A stretch of 64,000 nucleotides of DNA, taken from Octopus vulgaris (taxonomy: Eukaryota). A program made the position numbers and the translations under genes. The notes beneath the pieces were generated by a model, which did not search any database, was not told where the DNA came from, and worked only from the letters and a program-made list of their open reading frames with translations. Shown in pieces: positions 40,727-54,325 of the stretch; within the stretch, counting starts at the first letter, position 1, and each line of letters starts with the position of its first letter. The stretch covers positions 78,120,001-78,184,000 of the forward strand of contig OX597823.1 in NCBI GenBank assembly GCA_951406725.2, given 5' to 3'.

Positions 40727-41719
40727 TCATTTTGTCACAGAGAAACTTCTCAAAGAGTTCTGTGTATCAAAAACTTGAAATTTCATATCTTATTACTGGT
40801 ACAGTACAGTCTTCATGTCTCCAGATACGTCCTTGTATGGTTCAATTCAAACTCTCACCTTCCTGGCATCGCTGGGACTGGAAAGTTGTCAGATAACTGA
40901 ATTTTCTGGATATCAGATTTTCGTTGTTAAAATTACCATAGCACCTTGCTAAACTCATTACAACTCTTTACGTACATCATCAGTATTATCATAAATATTC
41001 TGAACATAGTAAAAATGGAGGAAAATAGGAAGACATAAAACATAATTTAAGTAAAGAACAAGCTTTGTACCCTAATAAAATACAGATACTGTTAATGCCA
41101 TAAAATGATATACCATACTATTCTTTGAGAAGTAACAGTCTGTTTTAGATACCATAGAAACTTACTTTTAATGACAATTATTAGCACAAATTAGCACAAA
41201 TTCTCTTGGCTCTAACAACACGTTGGTTGTACAAGAATGAGTTTGATGTAGCTGTAAAAAGGTGTTAGGAATAGCCTCCTTTAGGTATGAGCATACTGAG
41301 CAGTTGTCCATGGTGCTTACAGTAGTATGGTCCTGTTGTTAGACCATGTATGTTGTGTTTTTTTTTTGTCAGTAAATAAATATAGGAGCCACAGCACATT
41401 GCTTTGAGATGGAATCTGTTATATTGTTCAGAAGCTCTGGTCGTGGTACATTGCTGTGAAGCTGGAGGAATCAGATGACCTGATGATGGTTATAGCTTAT
41501 CACTATAAACGGTAGGATATTAAATGGATAACAAGTCTTTTACTAGCATGTACTAATATTGAGTTAAAATGATGCAGAGAAAATATCAATAGAAAACTAC
41601 TCGAGAGTATTCTCAATAACAGATCTTGGAATTTGCTAGATCACTAGAGAATTGTCTTACAATACTTTCAATGGAATATGGTAGCAGAACAGAGCACAGA
41701 TGTCGTATTGAACCACCAT

Positions 41720-42056
41720 ACCCTTTAGAATTGGAATTTTTGAAAAGTAAAAATTTTGCATTATGTAGTTTGTTATTCTCTTTAAGTGAACATTTTTTCT
41801 GGTTGAAATACACCAAAAAATGGCGACACAACAGTAAAAAAATCGTAAAAAATAGGGATTTTCATAGAAAAATAGCACCTTTCTGATGCAAATAATTTTC
41901 GGTGTTAACATGGTCCGATTTGAATTTTTTCTTCTATGGAAGAAAGAGCAAGCCTTCTTCTATCATACTCTCAATTTTGGTCAAGAGGAGATAGTGTTAG
42001 TTGAAGGCTACCAAACCTGCCACACACAGACAACTTCAGCTTTATATATAGAGAGA
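41720..42056 (-). mobile_element. Non-autonomous Helitron-like fragment (5' end)
   Basis: Minus strand starts A|TCTCTCTATATATAAAGCTGAAGTTGTCTGTGTG, a typical Helitron-MITE 5' pattern; no 3' hairpin-CTAG found. Confidence 0.45.
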
Positions 42057-42663
42057 TTATAAACTTTACTTTTCAGTCTTATGCTTCTTGAAATCTAACA
42101 CTAAATCTCTTTTACTGTTACTTAAATTCTGCACTTTTAAACATATTTATTTCTGTATTCCTTTATCAGCTTCAAACATTGGATTTCAGCTCTGCTAATG
42201 CACCACCTTCCAGGGATTATAAATGATTACATTGATCCCAGTAATAAGTTGAGGTTAAAGTTCTAGACCAATTACTGAAATCTAATTACTGCTTAGTAAA
42301 GATCAGTTCTAGAACTAGCAAAGAAATGATTTTTAACTTTAACAGATGGCTAAAATAAACGTTTTTGGAACATAAGGGAGACCTGCTTTGACATAACTTA
42401 AGACTTACAAACCACAAGTTATTTTTGCTTAAGTCATTAATTTTACATCAATGTACATTGTACACACTACAAACTTTCATATACACACAAGCATTCAGAT
42501 ATTCTGAGGTTCTGTACAGTTCTAGATTAGTTCTAGAACTGATCTTTAGCAACTGATTAGCAAACTTTATTTTTTTTTTGGTATAAAGGAACAGATCAAG
42601 GCATAACATAATATTTAGAAACCAGCCATTAATTTTGGTTGAATCATTGAATTGGCACCAGGA

Positions 42664-43057
42664 CTTTTATTTGTTTAGTCTTTTATTTGTTTCAGTCATT
42701 TGACTGCGGCCATGCTGGAGCACCACCTTTAGTTGAAAAAAATCAACCCCAGGATTTATGCTCCGTAAGCCTAGTACTTATTATATTGGTCTCTTTTGCT
42801 GAGCCACTAAGTTACAAGGACATAAACACACCAACATCGGTTGTCAAGTGATGGTGGGGGGGAACAAGCACACACACACACACACACATATATACACACA
42901 TGACAAGCTTCTTTCAGTTTCCGTCTACCAAATCCAATCACAAAGCTTTGGTTGGCCCCAGGCTTTAGTAGAAGACACTTGCCCAAGGTGTCACACAGTG
43001 GGACTAAACCCGGAACCATATGGTTGGGAAGCAAACTTCTTACGACACAGCCATGCC
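42664..43057 (-). mobile_element. SINE family A, full length
   Basis: Reverse complement of family A including the internal (CA)n; a further fragment at ~43100-43230. Confidence 0.88.
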
Positions 43058-43652
43058 ATATATAAGCACATATATTTATAAATGTGCACACACATATATT
43101 CCAGGCTTCTGCACAGTTTCCACTTACCAAATATCACTCACAAAGCACTGGCCGATCTAAGACTATAATAGAAGATATTTGCTTAAGGGGGCAATGCAGT
43201 GGAATCAGACCCAGAAACATCTCATTGTGAGCAGTATTAGTTACATGCTTATGCTTCTATTAAGTTGCTTTCAACAATTTCTATATCTTTCCACACCCCC
43301 ACCCCATCTTATTAGATATGGAGATAGAAGAAGCCATAATGTTTGATAAAACACTTGTTATTTTGTCTTTGTGATGACTATTATTGTTGTTTTTTTTCAT
43401 TTATTTTTTCTTTGGCTCTCCATCTATCTCTCCGAGTTATAGTTTTACAATGCAGTAACACTTATCTCATATTTCAGCATTCAACGAGATAAGATATGAT
43501 AGCACATGCTTCTCCAATTTAAGACAGAACAAGTCACATAAATATGTGTGCGTGTGCATGCACATGCATGCATGAGTGTATGCATGTATGTATGTGTGTA
43601 TGCATGTAGGTATACATACATACATATATATATATACTGAGAGAGAGATTTA

Positions 43653-43860
<208 letters not shown>

Positions 43861-44753
43861 GCAATAGAGAGACACACACTCACATGCTTATATGTAATAT
43901 GTGTGTATAAATGTGTGTGTGTGTGTGTGTACAGATGAATACATATAGAAGCTGGCTTGCTTGTATAAAAGAAGTTTGTTATGTTTACTTACATTTCTTT
44001 CACTTGGGTTTGTGTTTGTCTTTATAAGTATAAGAGAAGACATCGCCAGTGAAGAATTAGAAGCAAAGACAAAAAAAAAAAAACAGAAAAAAATCTGAAA
44101 ACAAAAATATGGAAAGGAATGAAAATTACTGAGATAATCTACAATTGAATAAATAAAGCCATTCGCGTACTTACTTATCTCACTTAAACTTGTTTAATCT
44201 GGAACACACACAATGAAACAATGAATCACAAACAGTTGGGCTATATTGTTTTCACCCTCTCTTTCTCTCTTTCTCTATCTATCTACACACACACACTCAC
44301 ATAACACACACACACACTCACGCAACACACACATACACACTCATACACATTGTTAAAAAGTTAGAGGAATATGAATAAGGAATCTTACTCAAGGATTGAA
44401 AACTTTCTCTGAAGTCCACTATATTCAGCTATGAATTTATATTTGTTTAGTCAGTGAGAAAACATCAACATAGTCATTGGATCTGCTAGAAATAGCTGCC
44501 AAATCGTTGTTGTTTTCAAAGCTATGAAGGGTAGGTCAAAGAATGTAGTACTAGGTATACTAAAATTGGCATAGTCATTCTTAGAACATGTTTCATGAAA
44601 CATCTGTTTGATCAGAATAGAAATGGGACTAAGCAACATCACCATCAATGACTTTTATTTGAGTACAAATAAAAGTTGAAGGTTTCTTCCATTAATCTCT
44701 GAGAACTGAGAATTGCTAAAGCTTTATTTTGAACTGGCTTACCTACTTTGGAC

Positions 44754-45381
44754 CAGTGTTTTCCAACCTATTTTTGCCCAGGCCCCACTATAACTTTCCA
44801 GAAAAATTTATGTCCTTTATATATATATAAAGGCGGCAAGCTGGCAGAAACATTAGCATGCTGGGCGAAATGCTTAACGATATTTCGTCTGCCGCTACGT
44901 TCTGAGTTCAAATTCCGCCGAGGTCGACTTTGTCTTTCATCCTTTAGGGGTCAATTAAATAAGTACCAGTTACACACTGGGGTTGACATAATCAACTTAA
45001 TCCATTTGTCTGTCCTTGTTTTTCCTTTCTGTGGCTAGCCTCTTGTGGGAAATAAAGAAATAAGAAAAATATATGTCCCATTGTTGGTTGGAAAAAAAAT
45101 AACTTCATCTTTAATATTTCATAATTATATACTTTCCTTAAGGAAATATCCACTCTAGAGCATTAGAACAGCACTATAATGTAGCAAACAGTCATCACAC
45201 AGCATGCTTGGCTGGGGGGATTGGTTTGGCTAGGCTGAGTATAGGTGTAATATGTTTGCTGTGAAATAAGGATTTTTCACAATTCCATGACCCACGAAAA
45301 AGAAAAAAAATTATCTCAAGCTCCACCACGATTTTCTCAGTTATCACCAGTGGGGCTTATGCCCCAAGTTGGGAATCACAG
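44754..45381 (+). mobile_element. hAT (Charlie-like) MITE with nested SINE
   Basis: TIRs cagtgttttccaac / gttgggaatcacag; 8-bp TSD ctttggac (44746-44753) and ctttagac (45382-45389). Confidence 0.85.
44816..45063 (+). mobile_element. SINE family C
   Basis: Matches the 24005 copy; TSD gaaaaat(t/a)tatgtcc at 44801-44815 and 45064-45078. Confidence 0.9.
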
Positions 45382-46764
45382 CTTTAGACATTTCATCTTG
45401 AATGATGTTGCATTAATTCTTTAGCAGTTGGCATTATTTATCCAGCCATGATCTTTTATCTTTTGCTCAGACATACTGCATCTAGGACTATACTACTGAA
45501 TGTGTCTTCCATTATTTTTCACACAATATGTATGATATGTAGGAGATTTAGCTGCTATTTCTAACAGGACAAGCATATGCATAGAGATTTTCTTCTTAAG
45601 ACATATGAATCTTTTAGTATCTAATGATAGTGCTTCTATATGCTTCTATAATTTCGCTTACTTGTTGTAGCATTGGTTCTTCACTGTTCTTGAAATCTAC
45701 CTTTCACAATGTGTTTATTTGCTTTTGACTTTAATGTAAGCATAGAGGTGAAACAACTCATATCAATTCTCCAGTATTGTTCAGTATTCATCGTTTCTCT
45801 CGTCACATAATTGGTACAGATTTATCACTCATGGAATACTTTGGTGGCCAATAAAAGATTTCGAATGTTAACGTGTGAAATTATTTGAATGCTATATTTA
45901 TTCAATAACAATTTCTTGCCCTGCAGGTCACAGTGGCTGTAATATTTATGGTGTTGAACACTACTTAGCAGATTATCAGGAGGTCAAATTCATATCAGAA
46001 GCTGAATATTAAAAGTATGTCATCGGACATTATTAATCAAAGAGATTTTTAATCAATTTAAATTTAAATAAACTTTATATTCTTCATGTAGAGAGCACTC
46101 TTGGGAAATTTTCCAATGTTATTATTAAGAACTTATATTTAGCCGTATAAAATCTGCTTAAATCTTCTAAAAGCACATAGATATTCTGTTCTCAGAGCTT
46201 AATCCATTATGAATGTAATTAGAATTTTTCCTTGAATTTATCTTGAACATCAGAAGATAGTTTATGAGAATAAAAGTATGTATCAAGTGAGAGAGTTGAA
46301 GATAAATTGGTCTGTCAGATAAAGAGGAGAAACCTCATCATTGTTAATATTCAGTTTCTGTGCTTCTGTTCTCAAATGGACTGAACTTTCCCTTGCATAC
46401 AATTTGTGTATAATTTAATCTGCTTTAATACAAAGATATATAACAAGGCAGCCTCTATGCAGTTATTCCTCAACCTGCAAGAAATAGCAGCTACGTCTTT
46501 CTCATATAACATCCTACTCTCTAAGAGAAGAAATGACACCTTGGATAGTAGCATATTCTAGATGTATTAAAGTGCAGGAAAATGGGTAAAGTCACACGTA
46601 GTTGGATTTAGGTGACAGATCTGCTTAATCAGAGCTTACTTGGGATTAAAAAACAACAACACACGAGGTTAAGTTTTCTAGTAATTTCTAATTTATATTC
46701 TCTGTAACACTGAGTAACACTTCTTGTCAGAAGAATTTGCACTGGCTGCTATTTATCATGGATT

Positions 46765-47030
46765 ATCATCATCATCATCATCATCGTTTAACATCCGTTT
46801 TACATGCTAGCATGGGTTGGATGGTTTGACTGGGGTCTGGGAAGCCAGGAGGCTGCACTAAGCTCCAATCTGATCTGGCAGTGTTTCTACAGCTGGATAC
46901 CCTTCCTAATGCCAACCACTCCGTGAGTGTAGTGAGTGCTTGTTATGTGCCACCGGCACAGGTATCACAACTACAATTTCCATTTGATTTTTGATGTTGA
47001 TGTACTTGACTCAATAGGTCCCCTCAAGCA
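46765..47030 (-). mobile_element. RTE-type 3' UTR / tail fragment
   Basis: (CAT)n followed by gtttaacatccgttttacatgctagcatgggttgg; related copies at ~38075, 47710, 52340, 54600, 56495 and 57770. Confidence 0.75.
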
Positions 47031-47034
47031 CATT

Positions 47035-47248
47035 GATTTCAAATTTTAGCACAAGACCCGCAGTTTGGGGGGAAGGGGGTTAATCACTTACATTGATCCC
47101 AAGGATCAACAGGTACTTATTTTATCAGCTCCAAAAGGATGAAAGGTTAAATCAACCTCAGCTGAATTCAAACTCAGGACACAAAGATAGAGGAAATGCC
47201 ACTAAGCATTTTACCCAGCATGTTAATAATTCTGCCAGCTCACGGCCT
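47035..47248 (-). mobile_element. Decayed SINE family C
   Basis: ggtacttattttatc...aaaggatgaaagg...ttctgccagctcacggcctt. Confidence 0.7.
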
Positions 47249-47274
47249 TAACATAGATTATAATAAACTCGACT

Positions 47275-47495
47275 CCATTGGTCATGAATGACCACGCACC
47301 TAAGAGGTTCCCCTCTAGGGTACAAGTCTGGGCAGAAAGTTGCCTCACAGGCGAATGCACAACCTAGGGTTGTTTTATGGAAGCCTAGCAGTCGCTCTTG
47401 CATACCAGGCTTCCCTCTCAATACCACGGATGTTATCCAAGGGAACGGCAAAGGCCAATACAGCTTGGCACTAGTGACATGGTAACTCATTTCTA
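47275..47495 (-). mobile_element. SINE family E, 3' part
   Basis: Reverse complement of ~27660-27850. Confidence 0.75.
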
Positions 47496-48004
47496 AGTGC
47501 TGATATAGCTGTGTCGTTAAGAAGCTTGGTTTGCAACCACCTGTTCTCAGATTCACTCCCATGTGGATGGATGGATGGACTGATTGATTGATTGATTGAT
47601 TGATTGATAGATAGATAGAGTGATGTATGTGTATATGTATGTTTATTTGAATTATGTATGAATGTGTGTTTTTGCGCTTTCAGCTTCCATTCTATGTAAT
47701 TATCTTCATCTTCATCATCATCATATGTCCATTTTCCAGCCTGGCATGGGTATGGGTTAGACAGTTTGACAAGAGCTGATAAACTGGAGAGGTGCACCAG
47801 GCTCCAGTCGTCTGTTTTGGCTTGGATTTTATGGCTTGATGCCCTTCCTAACACCAACCACTTTACCGAGTGTAGTGTACTGGGTGTCTTATATGTGTCA
47901 CTGGCACAGATGCCTTTTATGTGCCAACAGTACTAATCATTATTAATCCATTGTTAGTAGTATATTTGAATTTACTGGATCAGCTCACCTTGAGCAAAGT
48001 TGAA

Positions 48005-49027
48005 GAATAAAACCATTTCCACTACCTTCTACTTTTCTCTAAGCTTATACAAAACTGCTCACTCTAGCTTGTAGTAAGTTTGCAATTAAACACAACACAT
48101 CAATAAGAGATGTTATCTCAGGATGAATATTGCCGTAACTTGCCTGTCAATTATGTATATTCATTAAGTTAGGTACATAGCTGGTTATTGTAATGTTCTA
48201 TCAATGTCCTTTTTTTCTTAGTTTTAAGAGAATAGGATTATGATTTAAGATAGATTTGGCTGCAATTTCTAGCTGGCCAAGTAACATGATAGTGGCTTGT
48301 TTGTTATCTCATGAATGGTTGAGGGCATATGATGAATAAAACCATTTTCACTACCTTCTTCTTTTCTCTAAGCTTATGCAAAACTGCTCACTCTAGTTTG
48401 TAGTAAGTTTGCAATTAAACACAACACATCAATAAGAGATGTTATCTCAGGATGAATATTGCCGTAACTTGCCTGTCAATTATGTATATTCATTAAGTTA
48501 GGTACATAGCTGGTTATTGTAATGTTCTATCAATGTCCTTTTTTTCTTAGTTTTAAGAGAATAGGATTATGATTTAAGATAGATTTGGCTGCAATTTCTA
48601 GCTGGCCAAGTAACATGATAGTGGCTTGTTTGTTATCTCATGAATGGTTGAGGGCATATGATGAATAAAACCATTTTCACTACCTTCTTCTTTTCTCTAA
48701 GCTTATGCAAAACTGCTCACTCTAGTTTGTAGTAAGTTTGTGATTAAACACAACACATCCATAAGAGATGTTATCTCTGGATGAATATCGCCGTAACTTG
48801 CCTGTCAATTATGTATATTCATTAAGTTAGGTACATAGCTGGTTATTGTAATGTTCTATCAATGTCCTTTTTTTTCTTAGTTTTAAGAGAATAGGATTAT
48901 GATTTGAGATAGATTTGGCTGAAATTTCTAGCTGGCCTAGTAATATGGTAACATGATAGTGGCTTGTTTGTTATCTCATGAATGGTTGTATTGAGTACAG
49001 CATAACCTTGAGGGCATATGATGAATA
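48005..49027. repeat. Tandem triplication, 329-bp period
   Basis: Units begin gaataaaaccattt at 48005, 48334 and 48663; near-identical. Confidence 0.95.
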
Positions 49028-49409
49028 TTTTCTAATACAGATGTAACATCTTTGGGGTAAAGATAATTATAATAGACAGACTCATTACAATTATGATGTT
49101 AACACTAATGAACAAAAACCAGTGAAAATACACAAAAGAATATAAACAAAGCAAGGCAAAACTGAACATAACACCATGTTGTGTAATAATGATGGAAGAT
49201 GAAAATTAAGCAGCATAGTCATAATGTTTTGGTGGAATATATTTTAATGAAATAGAAACGTTAGGTATTTCATGATCAAATTCTATAGTTTTGACAGCCA
49301 ATTTAAACACCTCTACCATTATCCCTGGCTTAGCAATCACTTTCTTTGTTGTGTTCTTTGCTTTCTTTTTACTGTTACCTTTAATCATATCTGTCTTACT
49401 GCTACAACT

Positions 49410-49410
<1 letters not shown>

Positions 49411-49469
<59 letters not shown>

Positions 49470-49622
49470 TTAATAATAACAATAATAATAATAATAGCAA
49501 TAGTAATTATAATTATCATTACAATTATTATTATTATTTTCATTATTATTATCATTATTATTATTATTATTATTATTAGTTGTAGTAGTATTAATAGTAG
49601 TAGCAGCAGCAGCAGCAGCAGC
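49411..49622. repeat. (AAT)n switching to (ATT)n, then (AGT)n and (AGC)n
   Basis: Visible. Confidence 0.9.
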
Positions 49623-50425
49623 ACTGTTCTGATACTTCTCATTATTACTTGATTATTATTGTTTATATATTGATTTTTTTTTTTTTGGTTTTCCATTGCA
49701 TTTACCGCAACAAATGCTGTTAAAGTGATAAATCGTATTCGCACAACACTTCAATCATTCTCGAATAAAAATTAGAGAATATTGTGTGGGAGGGGGGGGA
49801 CACAACAACAACAACAACAACAACAGCAAAAATAAACAAGAAAAACTACAAAAAAAACCCCATAAAATATTTTTTTAGTTTGAAATATTGGTGGTATTTC
49901 AAGAAAAATATTCAGTTTTCTTCTTTCTTTGTTTTCCATAGTAATCTAACATAATTATTTCTTTTTACATTATACATAATTGATTACATTTCTATCCTGA
50001 TGTCTTTCTGGTAAATTACACCAAACATGTATTCACTAAGCTACAGAAAAGGCAATACTTTAATCTGTTTGTTTCTTTTGTTTTCCAAAGTATTTATTTC
50101 GTGAGCTTGATGAGAAAACTAGTGAAAGATAAAATATCAAGCAAGCACTTAATTTTATATATTCCTTCTGTGTGAGATATTCAAATAGCAATAACTAAAA
50201 GCCAATGAAGGAATCTTCTACGACATTGTTGCATGACTTGCTCAATGTATAACAGATAAATATTCCGTGATAAATTCATGTTTAAGCTATACGTTCTCGG
50301 CAATGTTCCAACAATAAAGACAGGATTATCATGGTTAATTATGCTGATTAAATGTTCTCTTGTTGTTTGATCAGCAACATTTATACATCCTCAGCTGACC
50401 AGGGCTATTGGACAACAACAACAGT

Positions 50426-50983
50426 GTGGAGGTGCAATGGCCCAGTGGTTAGAGCAGCAGACTCACGGTCGGAGTATCGCGGTTTCAATTCAATTCAATT
50501 TTTATTGGCTCAAAAAGCAAAAGCAAGGCCATGTAGGGGGACAAGGAGTTATGTACAGGGAGGGTGGTCATACACAGAGTTCAGGTCATTTCTGGTCGAG
50601 AGAGACTTTGAACCAAGCGGTCGTCGGCATCTTCATTATCTCATCCGGCATTATCTCGTCTGGCAGTTTCGATTCCCAGACCGGGCGTTGTGAGTGTTTA
50701 TTGAGTGAAAACGCCTAAAGCTCCACGAGGCTCCAGCAGGGGGTGGTGGCGACCCCTGTTGTACTCTTTCACTCCAACTTTCTCTCACTCATTCTTCCTG
50801 TTTCTTGTCCCCGACTTCCTACGCAACTGCTGAGCCTGGATGTGCATTCATCCATCCATCAATGCTCTCGGTGTCGGGGGTTGACCTGCTTTCTCTTCTG
50901 TGGGTCTTATGAATAGCAAAGGACCACGTTTCAGACTTCACCCACTATGGGACGAAGACCACTTCGCTCAACAAACAAACAAC
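50426..50983 (+). mobile_element. SINE family B, tail type 2, with nested LINE fragment
   Basis: Matches 17712-18105 after removing 50487-50670. Confidence 0.9.
50487..50665 (-). mobile_element. Very short CR1/L2-clade LINE 3' end
   Basis: Minus-strand peptide LPDEIMPDEIMKMPTTAWFKVSLDQK* (LP..VV......FK..LD motif), AATAAA then (AATTG)n tail; TSD gtttc at 50482-50486 and 50666-50670. Confidence 0.8.
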
Positions 50984-50992
50984 AACAGCAGT

Positions 50993-51505
50993 GTGGAGGC
51001 GCAGTGGCCCAGTGGTTAGGGCAGCGGACTCACAGTCGTAAGAACGTAGTTTCATTTCCCTGACTGGGCATTATGAGTGTTCATTGAGCAAAAAACATCT
51101 AAGCTCCACAAGGCTCTGGCAGGGTGGTGGTGAACCCTGCTGTACTCTTTCATCACAGCTTTCTCTCACTCTTTCTTCCTACTTCTGCCACAAAGCAGAG
51201 GAACCATAGTGTAACCCACTATGGTGTGGTAAACTTTCAGACCGTAGTCTAGATTGCGAATCCTCTGTAACCCCGGGATGGTTCAGCTCTCCACCTGTTA
51301 AAAGCCACCATTTACAGAATGAGGATAACAACGTAGCTTTCGCGCCCATGCAACCCCCAGTCTATCGCATGTGGTGGGTGGATCTTCAAGTTGCCACATG
51401 CATTCTTAGTAGCTTAGAGTAGACTCCAATTAGAGATTATTCTTTGTGGCTAATGGCGTGAGTCCTGACTGGAAGAAGAAGATAGAAAAAGAAGAAGAAG
51501 AAGAA
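50993..51505 (+). mobile_element. SINE family B with a long structured tail (type 4, (GAA)n)
   Basis: Family B head and body to ~51185, then a ~300-bp tail not seen elsewhere in the window; TSD aacagcagt at 50984-50992 and 51506-51514. Confidence 0.8.
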
Positions 51506-52787
51506 AACAGCAGTAACAATTACTCATAGCAAAGCTCAACATGCAATAAATAACATCCAAATTCACTGGAATTTTACCATACCATTTTAAAATTGAGACA
51601 AAGTGGATAATATAGTCTCTGAAAATGGGGGTTACTGGATTTCAAAATAAGGATGGATGGTCATTGATGAACTGTCAGCTACATTGAGATCAAATTGGTG
51701 CTAAACAACGACAACAGTATTGAAGCCATAGTTCTTTTTCCTCTTCTTGACTTATTTGGACACTGCAGGTCTTAGAATATTTTCTCAGACTGGAATGTGT
51801 ATGTGTGATGGGTCATGCGTGTCTATATTTGTGTATATAATTATATGAGTGTGTATGTGTGTGCATGAGTATGTGTGTCTGTGTGTGTCTGTGTGTATGA
51901 GAATGTGCATTTGTCTGTATGTGTGTGAGCATGTGTGCGTGAGTTTACTGTAGTGCAGGCTTGGTTATATCATCAAATAGTTCAATGTGTAACCATGTGG
52001 TTTGGGGATTGATCATGCTGAATGGCATATTCAACTGTTATTTTCTACTGTATACATGGTGAGGTGAATACTTACTGAATAGAATGGGCTAAACAAAAAA
52101 AATGTGAAAAGGTATTAATGCAATATGGCCATTTCAGGCAGCACCATTTAATCAAACAATGCAAGCATTACATCACTTTAAATTACAATACCATCTTCAG
52201 ATGCAAAAATATGGATTTTCAACAAACAAGATATCCTAATATAATTTTTTGCAAATGTCTTAGAGCTAGAAAAATGAAAGAATCCATGCTGCCACTATTG
52301 TAGCAGAAATATATATATATATGTATTTCATTATCGTCATCATTGTCATCATCATCATCATCATTGAAAATCTATTTTCCATTCTGGTATGGGATGAATG
52401 GCTTGAAAGAATGTAACAAGCCAAAGAATACTTTTGAAGTCCAATGTCTCCTTTGGAATTGTTTCTGCTGTTTGATGCCTTTCCTAACACTGACCATGTT
52501 ATAGAGTTTACTAGATTATTTGCTCATGGTACCAGCACTCGTATAGTTGCCAAATAAATCACAAGACAAAACCTCAGCTGAATGCATATTTAGGGTTAAA
52601 GGAAGTGGTTTTTAGTTGGTGTTGAGACATTAGATTATGATAGAAGGACAGTAATACAAGCCTTGTTGTTGAGGAGACACATGCGTATGTTAGCTGGTAA
52701 GAAAGAAAAAATGCTAAGAGACATTCATACATGTATAGATAAGAATTAGTATATAAATGTATGTTAGTCTATATAAGAATTACTATA

Positions 52788-52818
<31 letters not shown>

Positions 52819-53846
52819 CTTCTTATCTATCTATTTTTATGTTTGTGTTTGTGTGTATGTGTGTGTGTGTTTATGTATAGAGAGGCGGAGAGATGGTTAG
52901 ATAGAGTGTGTGTGTATATACAAATACACACACACACACACACACATGCACATATATATATATATCAATTCAGTTCAGGTATTAATTGTAGCTTAATGCC
53001 ATAAAACAAGTTGGTCACTCCATTCTCTTTGTTGATACTTATACATGCATACATATGTGTATAAGCATATATATATATATATACATACACATATATATGT
53101 GTATATATATATATGCATACGTATATACAGAGATGTATACATACATGTAAGCATGTGTTTGTGTGTATTGATTGATAGAGCACTTTTAATTATGTTTGTT
53201 TTATATTGCTTTTTCCTTATTTGTACCATATGTATGTTTCACTCTATGCATGTGTATATATATATGTGCGTGTGTGTGTGTCTATATACATGTATATATA
53301 GTTATATATATATATAGGTATATATATATTTACATGTATATATGTATATTTATATATGCACATACATATATATATATATATTGACATATATATATGTGTA
53401 TATGTATATGTGTGCATATATATATATATATATGTATATGCATGTGTGTGTATACATCTCTTTTGTAGATTTGTCTTGTTGCTTTCCATAAGGTCTGGCC
53501 ATATATTTTTAAAGTCCTATGTAATCTGAGAATATATGCAGCTAAAGAAATTGCTTAAATAATATATTTCTTTGCTAGGACTCGTTTCTGTTACATAAAT
53601 GGTAAGAGATTACATTATAGCTTCTAAATGGTTAACGTACTTCAGGAGTATTAAATTACATTTGATATATGTATATACATATATTATTACTGAGAACATT
53701 GAACAGATGTTTCACCTGCCTCTAAGTCATGCACATACTAATACAAACAAACTGATACATTGTCGTTCAACCTGCTAAATCTAACTGCAAAATCACCCTC
53801 AAAGGACATGTTACACTCTTTATTTCTTTCCTTGTCTGTCTTGTGC

Positions 53847-53883
<37 letters not shown>

Positions 53884-53901
53884 AGGGAGTGTAAAGGCAC
53901 C

Positions 53902-54113
53902 CTCTTTTCTTTTACTCTCTTTTACTTGTTTCACTCATTTGACAGTGGCCATGCTGGAGCACCGCTTTTAGTCGAGCGAATCGACCCCAGGACTTATTCT
54001 TTGTAAGCCTAGTACTTACTCCATCGGTCTCTTTTGCTGAACTGCTAAGTCACGGGGATGTAAACACACCAGCATTGGTTGTTAAGCGATGTTGGGGGGA
54101 CAAACACAGACGC

Positions 54114-54159
<46 letters not shown>

Positions 54160-54325
54160 CATACGACGGGCTTCTTTCAGTTTCCATCTACCAAATTCAC
54201 TCACAAGGCTTTGGTCGGCCTGAGGCTATAGTAGAAGACACTTGCCCAAGGTGCCATGCAGTGGGACTGAACTTGGAACCATGTGGCTGGTAAGCGAGTT
54301 ACTTACCTCACAGCCACTCCTGTGC
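53902..54325 (-). mobile_element. SINE family A, full length
   Basis: Reverse complement of the 16512 copy; head-to-head with a decayed family E copy at ~54326-54530. Confidence 0.92.
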
